A DNA stretch of 64,000 nucleotides from Nitrospirota bacterium (lineage in GTDB: Bacteria > Nitrospirota > JACRHJ01). A program made the translations under genes and the position numbers. The stretch spans positions 1,305 to 65,304 of the forward strand of contig CAWJRJ010000019.1 of NCBI GenBank assembly GCA_963845245.1, in the 5' to 3' direction. This document shows positions 30,478 to 41,121 of this stretch, one piece after another. Below the pieces are notes generated by a model that ran no database searches, was not told the DNA's origin, and was given only the letters and a program-made list of their open reading frames with translations. How positions within the stretch are numbered: the first letter of the stretch is position 1; every line of letters starts with the position of its first letter.

Positions 30478-33400
30478 ATGAAAATCCGAAACAGGATAAT
30501 ACTTGTCATACTGCTCATCAGTGGCCTGTTCGTAGGCTGGCTGACCGTGCAGATGAATGAGGACAAGAAAGAACTGAACGTAATGGTCGAGGAAATGGCC
30601 GGCTCCAGACAGAAAGAGCTCGATGCGGCGCTGAAAATGAAGGGGATGAGGCTCAAGAGCCTGGCCGATGATTACAGCTATTGGGACGAGATGGTCAAGT
30701 TTATAAAGGAACGGAACGTGGGATGGGCCCACGATAACCTTTTGTCCGGGCTGACTACTTTCAAGGCGGATGCAGCATGGGTGCTCGACCCGGAATACAA
30801 CGAGATTTATTCCCTGTTTTCAAAAAGGGCGGGCCTTCTGGAAATGAACCATGGAAGTGTTGAATACCGTAAGATCTTCAAGAACAATCTCTTTCCGCAC
30901 TTTTTTGTAAATACCAAGGCAGGCCTTATAGAAATAAGAGGTGCACCAATCCAGCCGGTCAGCGATATTGAACGAAAATCGAAGCCGAAGGGTTATTTCA
31001 TGGCCGGAAAAATATGGAGCGGGGAGGATATTGCTGAACTGGCTTCAGTCACGGGAAGCAATGTTCAATTGCTCAAAATGGATGCTACCCTGCCTAAACA
31101 CGGCCCAAAAGATGTAGTGGTCCACTTATTGGAATACCTTCCAGGATGGGACGGCAGGCCGGTGGCCAGGATCCATATCGACGCCTCACCTCCCCTTTAC
31201 GAAGCCGCCGTCAGTTCCATGCACAGACAATCTGTCCTTTTTATTTTTTTCCCCGTCGCAATTATTGGTGTGCTTACTTTTTTTATGTTCAGATGGGTGT
31301 ACGCACCACTTGCGGTAATATCGAAGACCCTTGATACCCAAAATCCCGGACTGCTGAATGATCTCGAAAAAGAACCGACGGAACTTGGCATGGCCGCACA
31401 CCTTATAAAGCGGTTCTTCGAGCAGGGGGAAGAACTTGGGCGCGCCGAAGCAGCCCTGATGGAAGAAAAAAACAAGCTGGATATGATCCTCAATAACGTT
31501 GCGGATGCGATAAGCATCCAGGACACCGAGTTCAGGGTAATATACCAGAACAGGACGATGACCGAAATGATTGGGAAACACATCGGCGAATACTGCTATG
31601 AAGCATATCAAGGCCGCCAGGACATATGCTCAGATTGCCCTATTGCGGCTACCTACAAGGACGGTGCGGTACATACTCAGGAAAAAAACGTACAATGGGG
31701 CAACGGAACACGATTTATCGGAATAGCTGCTTCACCGCTTAGGGATTTGTCCGGAAATATTTTCGCCGGGATCGAGTCCGTCCGCGACATAACCGAGCAC
31801 AAACTTATGGAGGTGGCGCTTCGGACCAGCGAACAGAAATATCGCAACCTCGTCGAAACTACTAACGATTTTATATGGGAGATGGACGAACAGGGTCTCC
31901 TCACATATGTAAGTCCGCAGACATCTGTAATGCTTGGATACACGCCTGATGAAATGATTGGCAAAAGACCAGCGGACTTCATGCCAAATGACGAGGGTCA
32001 GCGTGAGATGAATATATTCCGTGAGCATCTAGTAAAAAACGAGCCGCTTAAGTCTATTTATAATACCACATTTCATAAGGATGGCCATCCTGTCTCGTTA
32101 GAAACCAGCGGAGCTCCTTTTTTTGATAGCGAAGGAAAATTGAAGGGGTTTCGTGGGATCTGCCGTGACGTCACCGAACGCAAGACGATGGTAGAAAATC
32201 TGCGCAAAACCGCAGAGCAAGTCCAGGCGCAAAAGGAGTTCACCGAGAACCTGCTGCAGAATTCCACCGTTCCGACATTCGTGCTGGACAACGACCACCG
32301 CGTTATTATCTGGAACAAGGCCTGCGAGGAACTTTCAGGCATGAAAGCGTCTGAGGTTATTGGCACGGATGAGCAGTGGAGGCCTTTTTATGACAAAAAG
32401 CGGCCCGTCCTGGCAGATATAGCCCTGGACGATGACTTCAAGGACATGTCTACTTATTATGGTTCATATAAGTGGTCCCGCGGCGCATCGGAAGGCCTGC
32501 ACGGCGAAGGGTGGTACCCCGCTATAAACGGCAAGGACCGCTATATATTCTTTGATGCAAGCCCTATACGAAATTTCGAGGGAGAAGTTATCGCCGCAAT
32601 TGAAACTTTGCAGGACATCACCGAGCGTAAACGTATAGAGGATGCCTTGCGCGAGAGCGAAGCGAAGCTGCATTCCATGACGGAAACTGCCCTTAACGCA
32701 ATAATCATGATGGACAACGATGGCGCAATCTCCTACTGGAACCGGGCTGCGCAGAGTATGTTCGGATACAATGCTGACGAGGCTATAGGCAGGAATCTCC
32801 ATGCGCTGCTCGCCCCAAACCGGTTTCATGAGGCTCATAAAATTGGATTTGCAAGCTTCAAGGATACCGGGGTGGGGGCTGCGGTCGGGAAGACACTTGA
32901 ACTGGCGGGATTAAGAAAAAGTGGCACAGAATTTCCAATAGAGCTTTCTTTATCTGCATTAAAGATCAAGGACAAATGGCATGCTGTCGGGATCATACGC
33001 GACATTACAGACCGCAAGATGGCCGAGGAAGAGATACGCGAGAGCAGGGAGAAATTCCGTAATTTAGTAGAAACAACCAGCGACTGGGTTTGGGAAATAG
33101 ACACCGACGGCGTTTACGTCTATTCGAATCCGAAGCTTAGGGACATATTGGGATTCGAGTCGGAAGATGTCATTGGTAAATCACCGCTTGACCTGATGCC
33201 CCCGGAAGAGGTAAAACGCATTGCCGATATTTTTGCCAAAATAATCGCGTCCCAGAAGCCTTTTTCATGCCTTGAAAATACAAATTTGCACAAAGACGGA
33301 CATACAGTAGTTCTGGAGACGAGCGGGGTCCCTTCTTTCAACCCCGATGGGACATTGCGGGGTTATGTCGGAGTTGACCGCGACATCACCGAGCGCAAGA

Positions 33401-34170
33401 AGGCCGAGGAAGAGATACGCAAGCTGAACGAAGAGCTCGAACTGAAGGTCGAAGAAAGGACACGACAGCTCCTTGACGCCCAGGACGAACTCGTACGCAA
33501 GGAGAAACTTGCTACGCTCGGGCAGGTAGCCGGCATCGTGGGGCATGAGCTTCGCAACCCTCTGGGCGTGATGAACAACGCCGTCTATTTTTTAAAGACG
33601 ACCTTGTCGGAAGCCGATGAGACCACTACAGAATATCTGGGCATTATCCATGACGAGATCGCTTGCGCGGAGCGCATCGTCTCTGACCTGCTCGACTCCG
33701 TCCGGACAAAGCCACCGCACCCCGAGCCCGTATCAATTGCAGAACTGATAAACAAAAGCGTGGACAATTGCAGGATAACCGAAAATATAATAATGGCTCT
33801 GGAACTTCCTGATAGTCTCCCAATGGTCAGAGTGGATACGCAGCAGATGAAGCAGGTCTTTGTGAACCTGATCAACAATGCAGTCGACGCAATGCCGGAA
33901 GGCGGCACCCTGGCCATAAATGCACAAGAGGATAAAGAGAACCGGGCTTTGCGGATCACAGTCAGTGATACAGGCACGGGCATCGCCCCGGAAAACATGG
34001 AAAAACTCTTTCAGCCGCTCTTCACGACAAAGGCACGCGGCATCGGGCTGGGGCTGACCGTTGTGAAGAACCTTGCCGAGGCAAACGGCGGCAGGGTGGC
34101 GGTAGAAAGCGGGTTGGGTGAAGGGACGAAATTTACGGTGGTCTTGTCTGTCATGGGGGGCGCGGCATGA
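30478..34170 (+). CDS. CHASE4 multi-PAS sensor histidine kinase
   Basis: TM-DYSYWDEM (CHASE4)-TM, five PAS/PAC domains, HELRNPL, NLINNA, DTGTGI, FTTK, GIGLGL. Confidence 0.92.
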   Translation: MKIRNRIILVILLISGLFVGWLTVQMNEDKKELNVMVEEMAGSRQKELDAALKMKGMRLKSLADDYSYWDEMVKFIKERNVGWAHDNLLSGLTTFKADAAWVLDPEYNEIYSLFSKRAGLLEMNHGSVEYRKIFKNNLFPHFFVNTKAGLIEIRGAPIQPVSDIERKSKPKGYFMAGKIWSGEDIAELASVTGSNVQLLKMDATLPKHGPKDVVVHLLEYLPGWDGRPVARIHIDASPPLYEAAVSSMHRQSVLFIFFPVAIIGVLTFFMFRWVYAPLAVISKTLDTQNPGLLNDLEKEPTELGMAAHLIKRFFEQGEELGRAEAALMEEKNKLDMILNNVADAISIQDTEFRVIYQNRTMTEMIGKHIGEYCYEAYQGRQDICSDCPIAATYKDGAVHTQEKNVQWGNGTRFIGIAASPLRDLSGNIFAGIESVRDITEHKLMEVALRTSEQKYRNLVETTNDFIWEMDEQGLLTYVSPQTSVMLGYTPDEMIGKRPADFMPNDEGQREMNIFREHLVKNEPLKSIYNTTFHKDGHPVSLETSGAPFFDSEGKLKGFRGICRDVTERKTMVENLRKTAEQVQAQKEFTENLLQNSTVPTFVLDNDHRVIIWNKACEELSGMKASEVIGTDEQWRPFYDKKRPVLADIALDDDFKDMSTYYGSYKWSRGASEGLHGEGWYPAINGKDRYIFFDASPIRNFEGEVIAAIETLQDITERKRIEDALRESEAKLHSMTETALNAIIMMDNDGAISYWNRAAQSMFGYNADEAIGRNLHALLAPNRFHEAHKIGFASFKDTGVGAAVGKTLELAGLRKSGTEFPIELSLSALKIKDKWHAVGIIRDITDRKMAEEEIRESREKFRNLVETTSDWVWEIDTDGVYVYSNPKLRDILGFESEDVIGKSPLDLMPPEEVKRIADIFAKIIASQKPFSCLENTNLHKDGHTVVLETSGVPSFNPDGTLRGYVGVDRDITERKKAEEEIRKLNEELELKVEERTRQLLDAQDELVRKEKLATLGQVAGIVGHELRNPLGVMNNAVYFLKTTLSEADETTTEYLGIIHDEIACAERIVSDLLDSVRTKPPHPEPVSIAELINKSVDNCRITENIIMALELPDSLPMVRVDTQQMKQVFVNLINNAVDAMPEGGTLAINAQEDKENRALRITVSDTGTGIAPENMEKLFQPLFTTKARGIGLGLTVVKNLAEANGGRVAVESGLGEGTKFTVVLSVMGGAA

Positions 34171-35924
34171 ATATCCAAACAAGGATACTTCTTCTCATAT
34201 TCGTCGTAATCGGGCTTTTCTCCGGCTGGCTTGCACTCCAGATTCATCAAGAAGAAAAAAAACTCTCGGCGATATCCGAGGAAACCGTCAGGGAAAAAAA
34301 GGACAGCTTCGTCAGGTCCATTGAGCTCAAGGGGGCCAACCTCAAGAGCCTGGCCAATGACTACAGCTATTGGGATGAGATGGTCCAATTCATAGAAAAG
34401 AGAGACAAAGCCTGGGCGTACCAGAACCTTGAGTCCGGCCTTGCCACATTCAAAGCTGACGGCATTCTGGTCCTGGACCCTGATTTCAATAAAGTATATT
34501 CACTTTATTCGAAGAAGGCAGGAAGTCTCGATACCGGGTTGGGTAAAAACAATTTTGAGACAGCTTTCAGCCGCGGCCTCTTCCCCCATTTCTTCGTTAT
34601 GACCAAGGCGGGCCTGCTTGAGTTCCGCGGCGCCCCGGTCCAGCCTGTAAGCGACGTTGAGAGGAAGTCTGCTCCAAAAGGGTACCTTCTCGCCGAAAAG
34701 CTATGGACAAATGCAGACGTAGACGAACTTGCCGTCCTGACCGGGTGCGGTATAGAGATAACAACGACGACGAGGCCAGAACCAGAACGCGCTCTCAATA
34801 ACGGCAAGGTGCACTTCGCCGAATATCTTGCGGGATGGGACGGCAGGCCCGCGGCCAGCATGTACCTCAACACGACACCGGGGTCCTATAATGACATTAC
34901 AAAGGCGATGAAGATGCAGACGGCGTTCTTTATAATCTTCGCGGCCACCATACTCTGCATCATCTCGTTCGCCATGATCAGGTGGGTGTCCAGGCCGCTT
35001 GCACGGATATCGAGGACCCTTGTCGACCAGAACCCAGCGCTGCTTTCAGGTATGGAGGATGACCGGACAGAGTTCGGCATGACCGCAGGCCTGATAAAGC
35101 GGTTCTTTGAGCAGAAGACAGAGCTGGAATACAGGAACATCGTACTATTGACACAGCAGTACGTCTCCCCGGACGGGATACTTGTGGTGGATGTCGAAAA
35201 CACAGTCACATCATGCAACCAGAGATTCACCGATATTTGGGGGCTGAGCCCCGGGCTGCTAAAGCCGGGCATGGAGGAACCGGAATTGCATCATGCGATC
35301 GCCAGCATGCACGTCCAGGACCAGATGGTCTCGTGCCTGAAATACATGGACGGCCGGAAAGACATGGTAGGAAGGAACGAATACGTACTTAATGACAGAA
35401 AGGTGGTTGACGTATACACTACCCCGATGCTCGGGCCGAATGGGAAATATTACGGGAGGGTCTGGTACTGTCGCGACATAACCAACAAAAAGAAGGCCGA
35501 GGACGCCCTCCTGCAAGAAAAGAACAAACTGGAGACCATACTTGATAACATAACGGACGGCGTCAGCATCCAGGATACCGGCTTCAGGATATTATACCAG
35601 AACCACTCTATCGTTGAAATGTACGGCGCACACACCGGCGAACACTGTTACAGAGCATATGAAGACAGGCAGCAAGTATGCGACGGCTGTCCTCTGGTTG
35701 CATCATTTAGAGACGGGGCCGTGCACACCTTGGAAAAAACGACGACAGTAGGCGGCAGAACTGTCCACGTAGAGATAAAGTCCGCACCGCTGAGAGACAT
35801 GTACGGGCGGGTCGTCGCAAACATAGAATCCATCCGCGACATCACAGACACAAAGAGAAGTGAGAAGGAGATAAAGAGGTTGAACGAGGATCTGGATACT
35901 AACAGGGTACAGAGGGCTGGTTAG
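34167..35924 (+). CDS. CHASE4-PAS-PAS sensor lacking kinase domain
   Basis: Paralogous to the N-terminus of 30478..34170; ends just after the EIKRLNEDL coiled coil. Confidence 0.8.
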   Translation: MNIQTRILLLIFVVIGLFSGWLALQIHQEEKKLSAISEETVREKKDSFVRSIELKGANLKSLANDYSYWDEMVQFIEKRDKAWAYQNLESGLATFKADGILVLDPDFNKVYSLYSKKAGSLDTGLGKNNFETAFSRGLFPHFFVMTKAGLLEFRGAPVQPVSDVERKSAPKGYLLAEKLWTNADVDELAVLTGCGIEITTTTRPEPERALNNGKVHFAEYLAGWDGRPAASMYLNTTPGSYNDITKAMKMQTAFFIIFAATILCIISFAMIRWVSRPLARISRTLVDQNPALLSGMEDDRTEFGMTAGLIKRFFEQKTELEYRNIVLLTQQYVSPDGILVVDVENTVTSCNQRFTDIWGLSPGLLKPGMEEPELHHAIASMHVQDQMVSCLKYMDGRKDMVGRNEYVLNDRKVVDVYTTPMLGPNGKYYGRVWYCRDITNKKKAEDALLQEKNKLETILDNITDGVSIQDTGFRILYQNHSIVEMYGAHTGEHCYRAYEDRQQVCDGCPLVASFRDGAVHTLEKTTTVGGRTVHVEIKSAPLRDMYGRVVANIESIRDITDTKRSEKEIKRLNEDLDTNRVQRAG

Positions 35925-35932
35925 TCAGGGGA

Positions 35933-36010
35933 AACGGTGGCAGGGTCGACGTGGCGAGCCAATTTAGCAAAGGGACGACTTTTGCGATGTCATTGCCTGT
36001 TAACGAGTGA
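35933..36010 (+). pseudogene. Orphan HATPase C-terminal remnant
   Basis: NGGRVDVASQFSKGTTFAMSLPVNE*, nearly matching the end of kinase 36014..36982 (NGGRVDVASQLGKGTTFTITLP). Confidence 0.8.
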
Positions 36011-36013
36011 GGG

Positions 36014-36982
36014 ATGATGCGCAATAATGTGCTAAAATATGGAACCTATTGTGTGGTCATCATCCTGATGTCCAACCTTGGTGCACTGACTGATCTTGTA
36101 ATACATCCGGAAATCCCTTACTTTGACAAAGAGCATCTGGTTGTAGGCGGAGTTTTTTCGGCAGTGTGTTTCGGTCTGATTTTCGTACTTGATACATATG
36201 TTTCGTACCTGCGAAAAAGCGAAAGCGAGATACGCAAGCTGAACGAGGCCCTTGAAATCAAGGTGCAGGAAAGGACGAAGCAGCTCCTAGATGCGCAGGG
36301 CGAACTGGTCCACAATGAGAAACTTGCTACCCTGGGGCAACTGGCAGCGAACGTAGGGAACGAGCTTCGAAACCCACTGGGCGTGATGAACAACGCCGTC
36401 TACTACCTGAATACGACCTTGTCGGGGGCGGATGAGACCACAAAAGAATATCTGGACATTATAAAGGAGGAGATCTCCGGCGCTGAGCGCATCGTCTCGG
36501 ACCTGCTGGACACCGTGAGCACTACCACACCACATCCCGAGCCTGCAACTTTCGGAGAACTGATACCCTTGAGCATCGACAGATGCCAGATCACTGATAA
36601 CATAAGGGTGGCGGCAGAGCTATCAGACAGTCTACCCAAGGTCAGAGTGGACACTCATCAGATGAAGCAGGTCTTTATGAACCTGATAAACAACGCGGTT
36701 GACGCCATGCAGGAGGGCGGTACCCTGACCATAAATGCACAAGAGGATAAAGAGAACCGGGCTTTGCGTGTCACGGTCAGTGACACAGGTGTCGGTATTA
36801 CACCCGAAAACATGGAGAAAATGTTCCAGCCACTTTTCACGACGAAGGCACGTGGCATCGGGCTGGGATTGACCGTGGTGAAGAACCTTATTGAAGCAAA
36901 CGGCGGCAGGGTAGATGTGGCCAGCCAGTTGGGCAAGGGGACGACATTCACAATAACACTGCCGGCGGAAGAAGGTGGCTGA
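36014..36982 (+). CDS. Two-TM sensor histidine kinase-like protein (H-box His replaced by Asn)
   Basis: HisKA/HATPase nearly identical to that of 30478..34170, but reads VGNELRNPL instead of VGHELRNPL. Confidence 0.85.
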   Translation: MMRNNVLKYGTYCVVIILMSNLGALTDLVIHPEIPYFDKEHLVVGGVFSAVCFGLIFVLDTYVSYLRKSESEIRKLNEALEIKVQERTKQLLDAQGELVHNEKLATLGQLAANVGNELRNPLGVMNNAVYYLNTTLSGADETTKEYLDIIKEEISGAERIVSDLLDTVSTTTPHPEPATFGELIPLSIDRCQITDNIRVAAELSDSLPKVRVDTHQMKQVFMNLINNAVDAMQEGGTLTINAQEDKENRALRVTVSDTGVGITPENMEKMFQPLFTTKARGIGLGLTVVKNLIEANGGRVDVASQLGKGTTFTITLPAEEGG

Positions 36983-37740
36983 TGGAAAAAATGACCAAGG
37001 TACTGGTGGTTGACGATGACCGGCGGATGGTCAAGACCCTGTGTGATATCCTGAAGGTCAAGGGGTTTGATGCAGTGGCATCATATACCGGCGAGGAGGC
37101 CATCGAGATGGCAACATCCTATACCCCGGATTGCATACTTATGGACATCCGGATGCCGGGGATCAACGGAGTCGATGCCTTGGAGGCAATAAAAAAACAG
37201 TTGCCAGGCGTCCCTGTAGTGCTGATGAGCGCATACGCCACCGAGGAGATGATGTCAGAGGCCAGGCAAAAAGGAGCGTATTCGGTCCTCAGCAAACCGG
37301 TAGATATTCAACAGATCCTCTCGTTTCTTTCTTTGCTTAGAAAAGAAGAGAACATCCTTATTGTTGATGACGACCCTAATTTTTGCAAGACGATCGGAGA
37401 TATACTGCAATCGCGGAGCTACGCGGTGGAAACGACTGACGACACGGAAAAGGTGCTTGGGATCATGGAACAAAACTACAGGCTGGTCGTCGTGCTGGAT
37501 ATGAAACTGGGAAGCAAGAGCGGCCTGGATGTCCTGAAGTCTATACGCGCCAGATATCCTACGAAGCCTGTGATACTTGTGACGGGCTATAAAGAGGACA
37601 TGATGGGTTCGATAGAAAAAGGCCTTCAAATAGGCGCCTATACATGCCTGTATAAGCCTTTCGAGGCCGAAACGTTGATAAAACTTGTCGAGGAGATCAG
37701 CATCAAGAAACTCCAGGGGTTGCTGGAGGACGCAGCATGA
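36982..37740 (+). CDS. Tandem receiver-domain response regulator (REC-REC)
   Basis: Two REC domains (VVDDD...MDIRMP...KP; IVDDD...LDMKL...KP), no output domain. Confidence 0.9.
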   Translation: MEKMTKVLVVDDDRRMVKTLCDILKVKGFDAVASYTGEEAIEMATSYTPDCILMDIRMPGINGVDALEAIKKQLPGVPVVLMSAYATEEMMSEARQKGAYSVLSKPVDIQQILSFLSLLRKEENILIVDDDPNFCKTIGDILQSRSYAVETTDDTEKVLGIMEQNYRLVVVLDMKLGSKSGLDVLKSIRARYPTKPVILVTGYKEDMMGSIEKGLQIGAYTCLYKPFEAETLIKLVEEISIKKLQGLLEDAA

Positions 37741-37745
37741 GGGCC

Positions 37746-40677
37746 TCAGGCGGCCCTTTTATTTTCTTTAAGAATCTCAACAAAGGTTTCCACTACCTTT
37801 GCGTCAAACTGCGTGCCTGAGCAGCGGATGAACTCGGAGACCGCATATTCGATCCCTGGCGAAGACCTGTATGGCCTGTCCGCTGTCATGGAGTCATAAG
37901 AGTCGGCGACGCATAAAATGCGCGCCAATAGCGGGATTTCTTCCCCTTTCAACCCGTCCGGATAACCGGCGCCGTCCCAGCGCTCATGGTGGTGCCGTAT
38001 GACGGGAATAACGTCGTTGAACTGTTTTATGTGTGAAAGTATCTCCTCACCTTTGGCAGGGTGCAGCTTTACAAGCTCGAACTCCTCTTCGGTTAGCTTG
38101 CCAGGCTTGTCCAGTATCACGTCGAAGGTTCCTATCTTGCCTATATCATGCAGGAACCCGCCCAGGCGCAGTTTCTCGATATCGGCAGCATCTATACCCA
38201 TCTTTTCGGCGATCATGACTGCATATTTGGTAACACGCTCTGAATGACCCTTTGTCCAAGGGCTCTTTGCGTCAATCGCCGAGGCAAGGGCCTTCACGAC
38301 GCTAACAAACATATCCTCAAGGTCGGTGAGAAGCTTGGTGTTCTCCAGTGCAATGCTTATCTGGTTTGAGAGGTTCTCCGCGTTTTGCACGTCTTCCATG
38401 GTAAAGCCCGCAACCCTGTAGCTTCCCAGGCACAAAAATCCCACACCCGCTCCCTTGCTTAATATAGGCACGTATACATCGGACCTTACACCGGTACTGA
38501 TAAGCATCTTATCTATTTTTGTGAGCCCTTTTTCTTCCTGTATGTCCGTCCTGACAATGGATTTCCCGCTCTTGATGCACTGGGAGCCGGTCCAGTCTTC
38601 CAGAGGCAATACCTCGCCTTTTTTCATACCGAGCCCCCAGCCATAACCGTACCGGAGCAAGCTCCCATCGGGTTCCAGCAGGATGACGCAGCCCACGTTT
38701 GCGGGGATCAGCCTCCTTATAAGGAACACGACCCTTGAAAGCATCTCGTCCCGGTTGAGGGTGGACAGTATCATGCGGTCAAGCTCTGCCAACACCTTTA
38801 ACGCCTCCATCTTCCTGGCAAGGTCAAGGCTCTTCTTTTCGGATTCGGCATAGAGCGAGAAGTTTTCGTAGGCCACACCGAGCTGCGAGGTGACGCCTTT
38901 AATTATCTCCATCACCCGCGGGTCGGATGGCATTTGTTCGAAGTTGCATACGAGAAATCCCGAAACCTTTTCCCGCGATATAATAGGCGTTATTATGAGA
39001 GCCTTTAAGCCAAGGGCGCTTGAGAATTGATTGGGTATTGAACCATTCATTTCGCCCGGAGCAAGCGATAATGTTCTCTGGGTCTTCGCTATTTCGACAA
39101 GTGCAGGGATTTCTTCCAACTTGACCCTCAGGGACAGGAAAAAAGACAACAACTCATCAGCGCCAGTGGCCCGCAAAGGCCTGAGCCGCCCGTCTTCTTC
39201 CAGCATTATTACTCCCATGCTCACGCAACCCAATAGTTTGGTAAGCAATGAGAGTATCTTCTCCGCGACCTCTTCCCAGTTGAGGTTTGCGTTTGTGATA
39301 GCGGAAGCGTCCAGCAGCGCCTTTGTGACCGCGACCTCGGCCTTGATAGCTTCTTCGGAGCGCTTTCGTTCTGTGATGTCCATGATAGTGCCAATAAGGG
39401 CCGGCTTGCCATCGTAGGCGGTCGCAGTCCCAAGGATCTCTATTTCGATGGCCTCGCCGTCCTTGCGTACCGCTGGCATCTGGTAGCGCCTTGAGGTATC
39501 TTCGCCGGATAGTATGCTCTCCATCTTGTCCTCGGCGGGTCTTCTTTCCTCCGGTAATGTCAGGTCCAGTACGCTCAACCCCATCAATTCCTCCGGCGTA
39601 CATCCGAGCATCTCGGCGAGCCTGGGGTTCGCATATACCAGTTTATTTTCCTGTACTATGTATACCCCCACGAGCGAGTCCTCCACGAGCAGGCGGAACT
39701 TCTTCTCCGATTCCTGGAGAGCCAGCTCGGCATTGTTGCGCTGTTCTTCCTGCGCGATGTGCTGCATCGCGAACGATATGTCGGCGGCAAGCTCATCGAG
39801 AAGCGCCACCTCCTCCTCGTCGAAGAAGTCCGGCTCATCTGAGTATACGGTAAACGCACCCTCGACACGCCCTTCAGCGAGCCAAAGGGAACGCCGCGAC
39901 CGAACGGTAACCGCGCTTTAGCGCCTCCTCCCGCCACGGGAGCATACCTCGGTTGTGCTCAATATCGTTGAATACGGATGCCTTGTCATTCCTTACCGCA
40001 TACCCTGTCGGGCCGCGCCCTTCGGGCACGTCCTCCGTCGAGACGCGTATGTTGTCGAGATATCCATCTTCGTTTCCAGCAAAGGCGACCGGCCTCACTC
40101 TCTGGTTCTCCGTGTCCGCCAAACCTACCCAGGCCATGAGGAACAGGCCTTTCTCCACCGCGATGCGGCATGCGTCGTCGAACAGGTCCTGCCTGTCTTT
40201 TGCACGTACTATCATCTCGTTTATGCCGTAAAGTACCGAATACAGCCTGCTCAGCCTTGCGACTTTCTCTTCCGCGCGCCTGCGCTCCCTGCGGTCGGCA
40301 GCCTCCGCCAATTCCCTGTCTATCGCCGGCGCCAGCCTGGAAAGCTTGTCCTTCATTATGTAGTCGTGCGCGCCCGCCTTCATGGCAGCGACGGCTGTGT
40401 CCTCGCCTATTTTTCCCGACACTATTACGAACGGGATGTCCATCTCCTTCTCGTGCAATATCTCAAGCGCGGCCATCCCCGAAAATCTCGGCATCACATA
40501 GTCGCACAGGACTACATCCCACGCATTGCCGTCCAGCGCGACGGTTAGGGATTCAGGGGTGTCCACACGTTCATAGGCGATGTCGTAGCCCGAGCGCTTC
40601 AGCTCCATCGCGACTAGCAGGGCGTCTTCCTCGGAGTCATCGACTATTAATGCCTTCAACTGTTTTGCCATAAACAC
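37746..40677 (-). CDS. REC-GAF-PAS-GAF-GAF-HD-GYP phosphodiesterase (frameshift near 39875)
   Basis: ORF 39874..40677 (REC, GAF) continues into 37746..39809; HSERV, LHDIGK, HHERWDGAGYPDGL. Confidence 0.88.
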
Positions 40678-40683
40678 TCCAGG

Positions 40684-41121
40684 TTATATCGGCGGCGGCA
40701 CGTTAAGAAGAAGCCAGTAAAGCCCTATCTGGCGTACCGCCTCGGTGAACTGCGCGAAGTCCACCGGCTTCCTGATGTAGCTGTTGCAGCCCAGGCTGTA
40801 CCCGTCGATCACGTCGCGTTCTTCCTTGGACGACGTGAGGATTACCACGGGAAGCATCTTTGTCGCCTCGTTCCCGCGCAGTTTCTTTAGCACCTCTATG
40901 CCGTCCATCCTTGGAAGCTTCAGGTCAAGCAACACAAGCATAGGGGTTTCGTTCATGTCGCGGCCCGCAAAGCTCCCTGTGCCGAAGAGGTAGTCCACGG
41001 CCTCCACACCGTCACGCGCCACCACAACCTCGTTCATTATGTTGTTCTTCTTGAGCGCGCGCAGTGTCAGCTCCACGTCGTCAGGGTTATCTTCGACCAG
41101 AAGAATCCTCTTGTCCTTCAT
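40684..41121 (-). CDS. Single-domain response regulator (Rcp1-like)
   Basis: ILLVEDNPDD, LLDLKLP, LTSSKEE, YIRKPVDF. Confidence 0.92.
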   Translation of the reverse strand: MKDKRILLVEDNPDDVELTLRALKKNNIMNEVVVARDGVEAVDYLFGTGSFAGRDMNETPMLVLLDLKLPRMDGIEVLKKLRGNEATKMLPVVILTSSKEERDVIDGYSLGCNSYIRKPVDFAQFTEAVRQIGLYWLLLNVPPPI

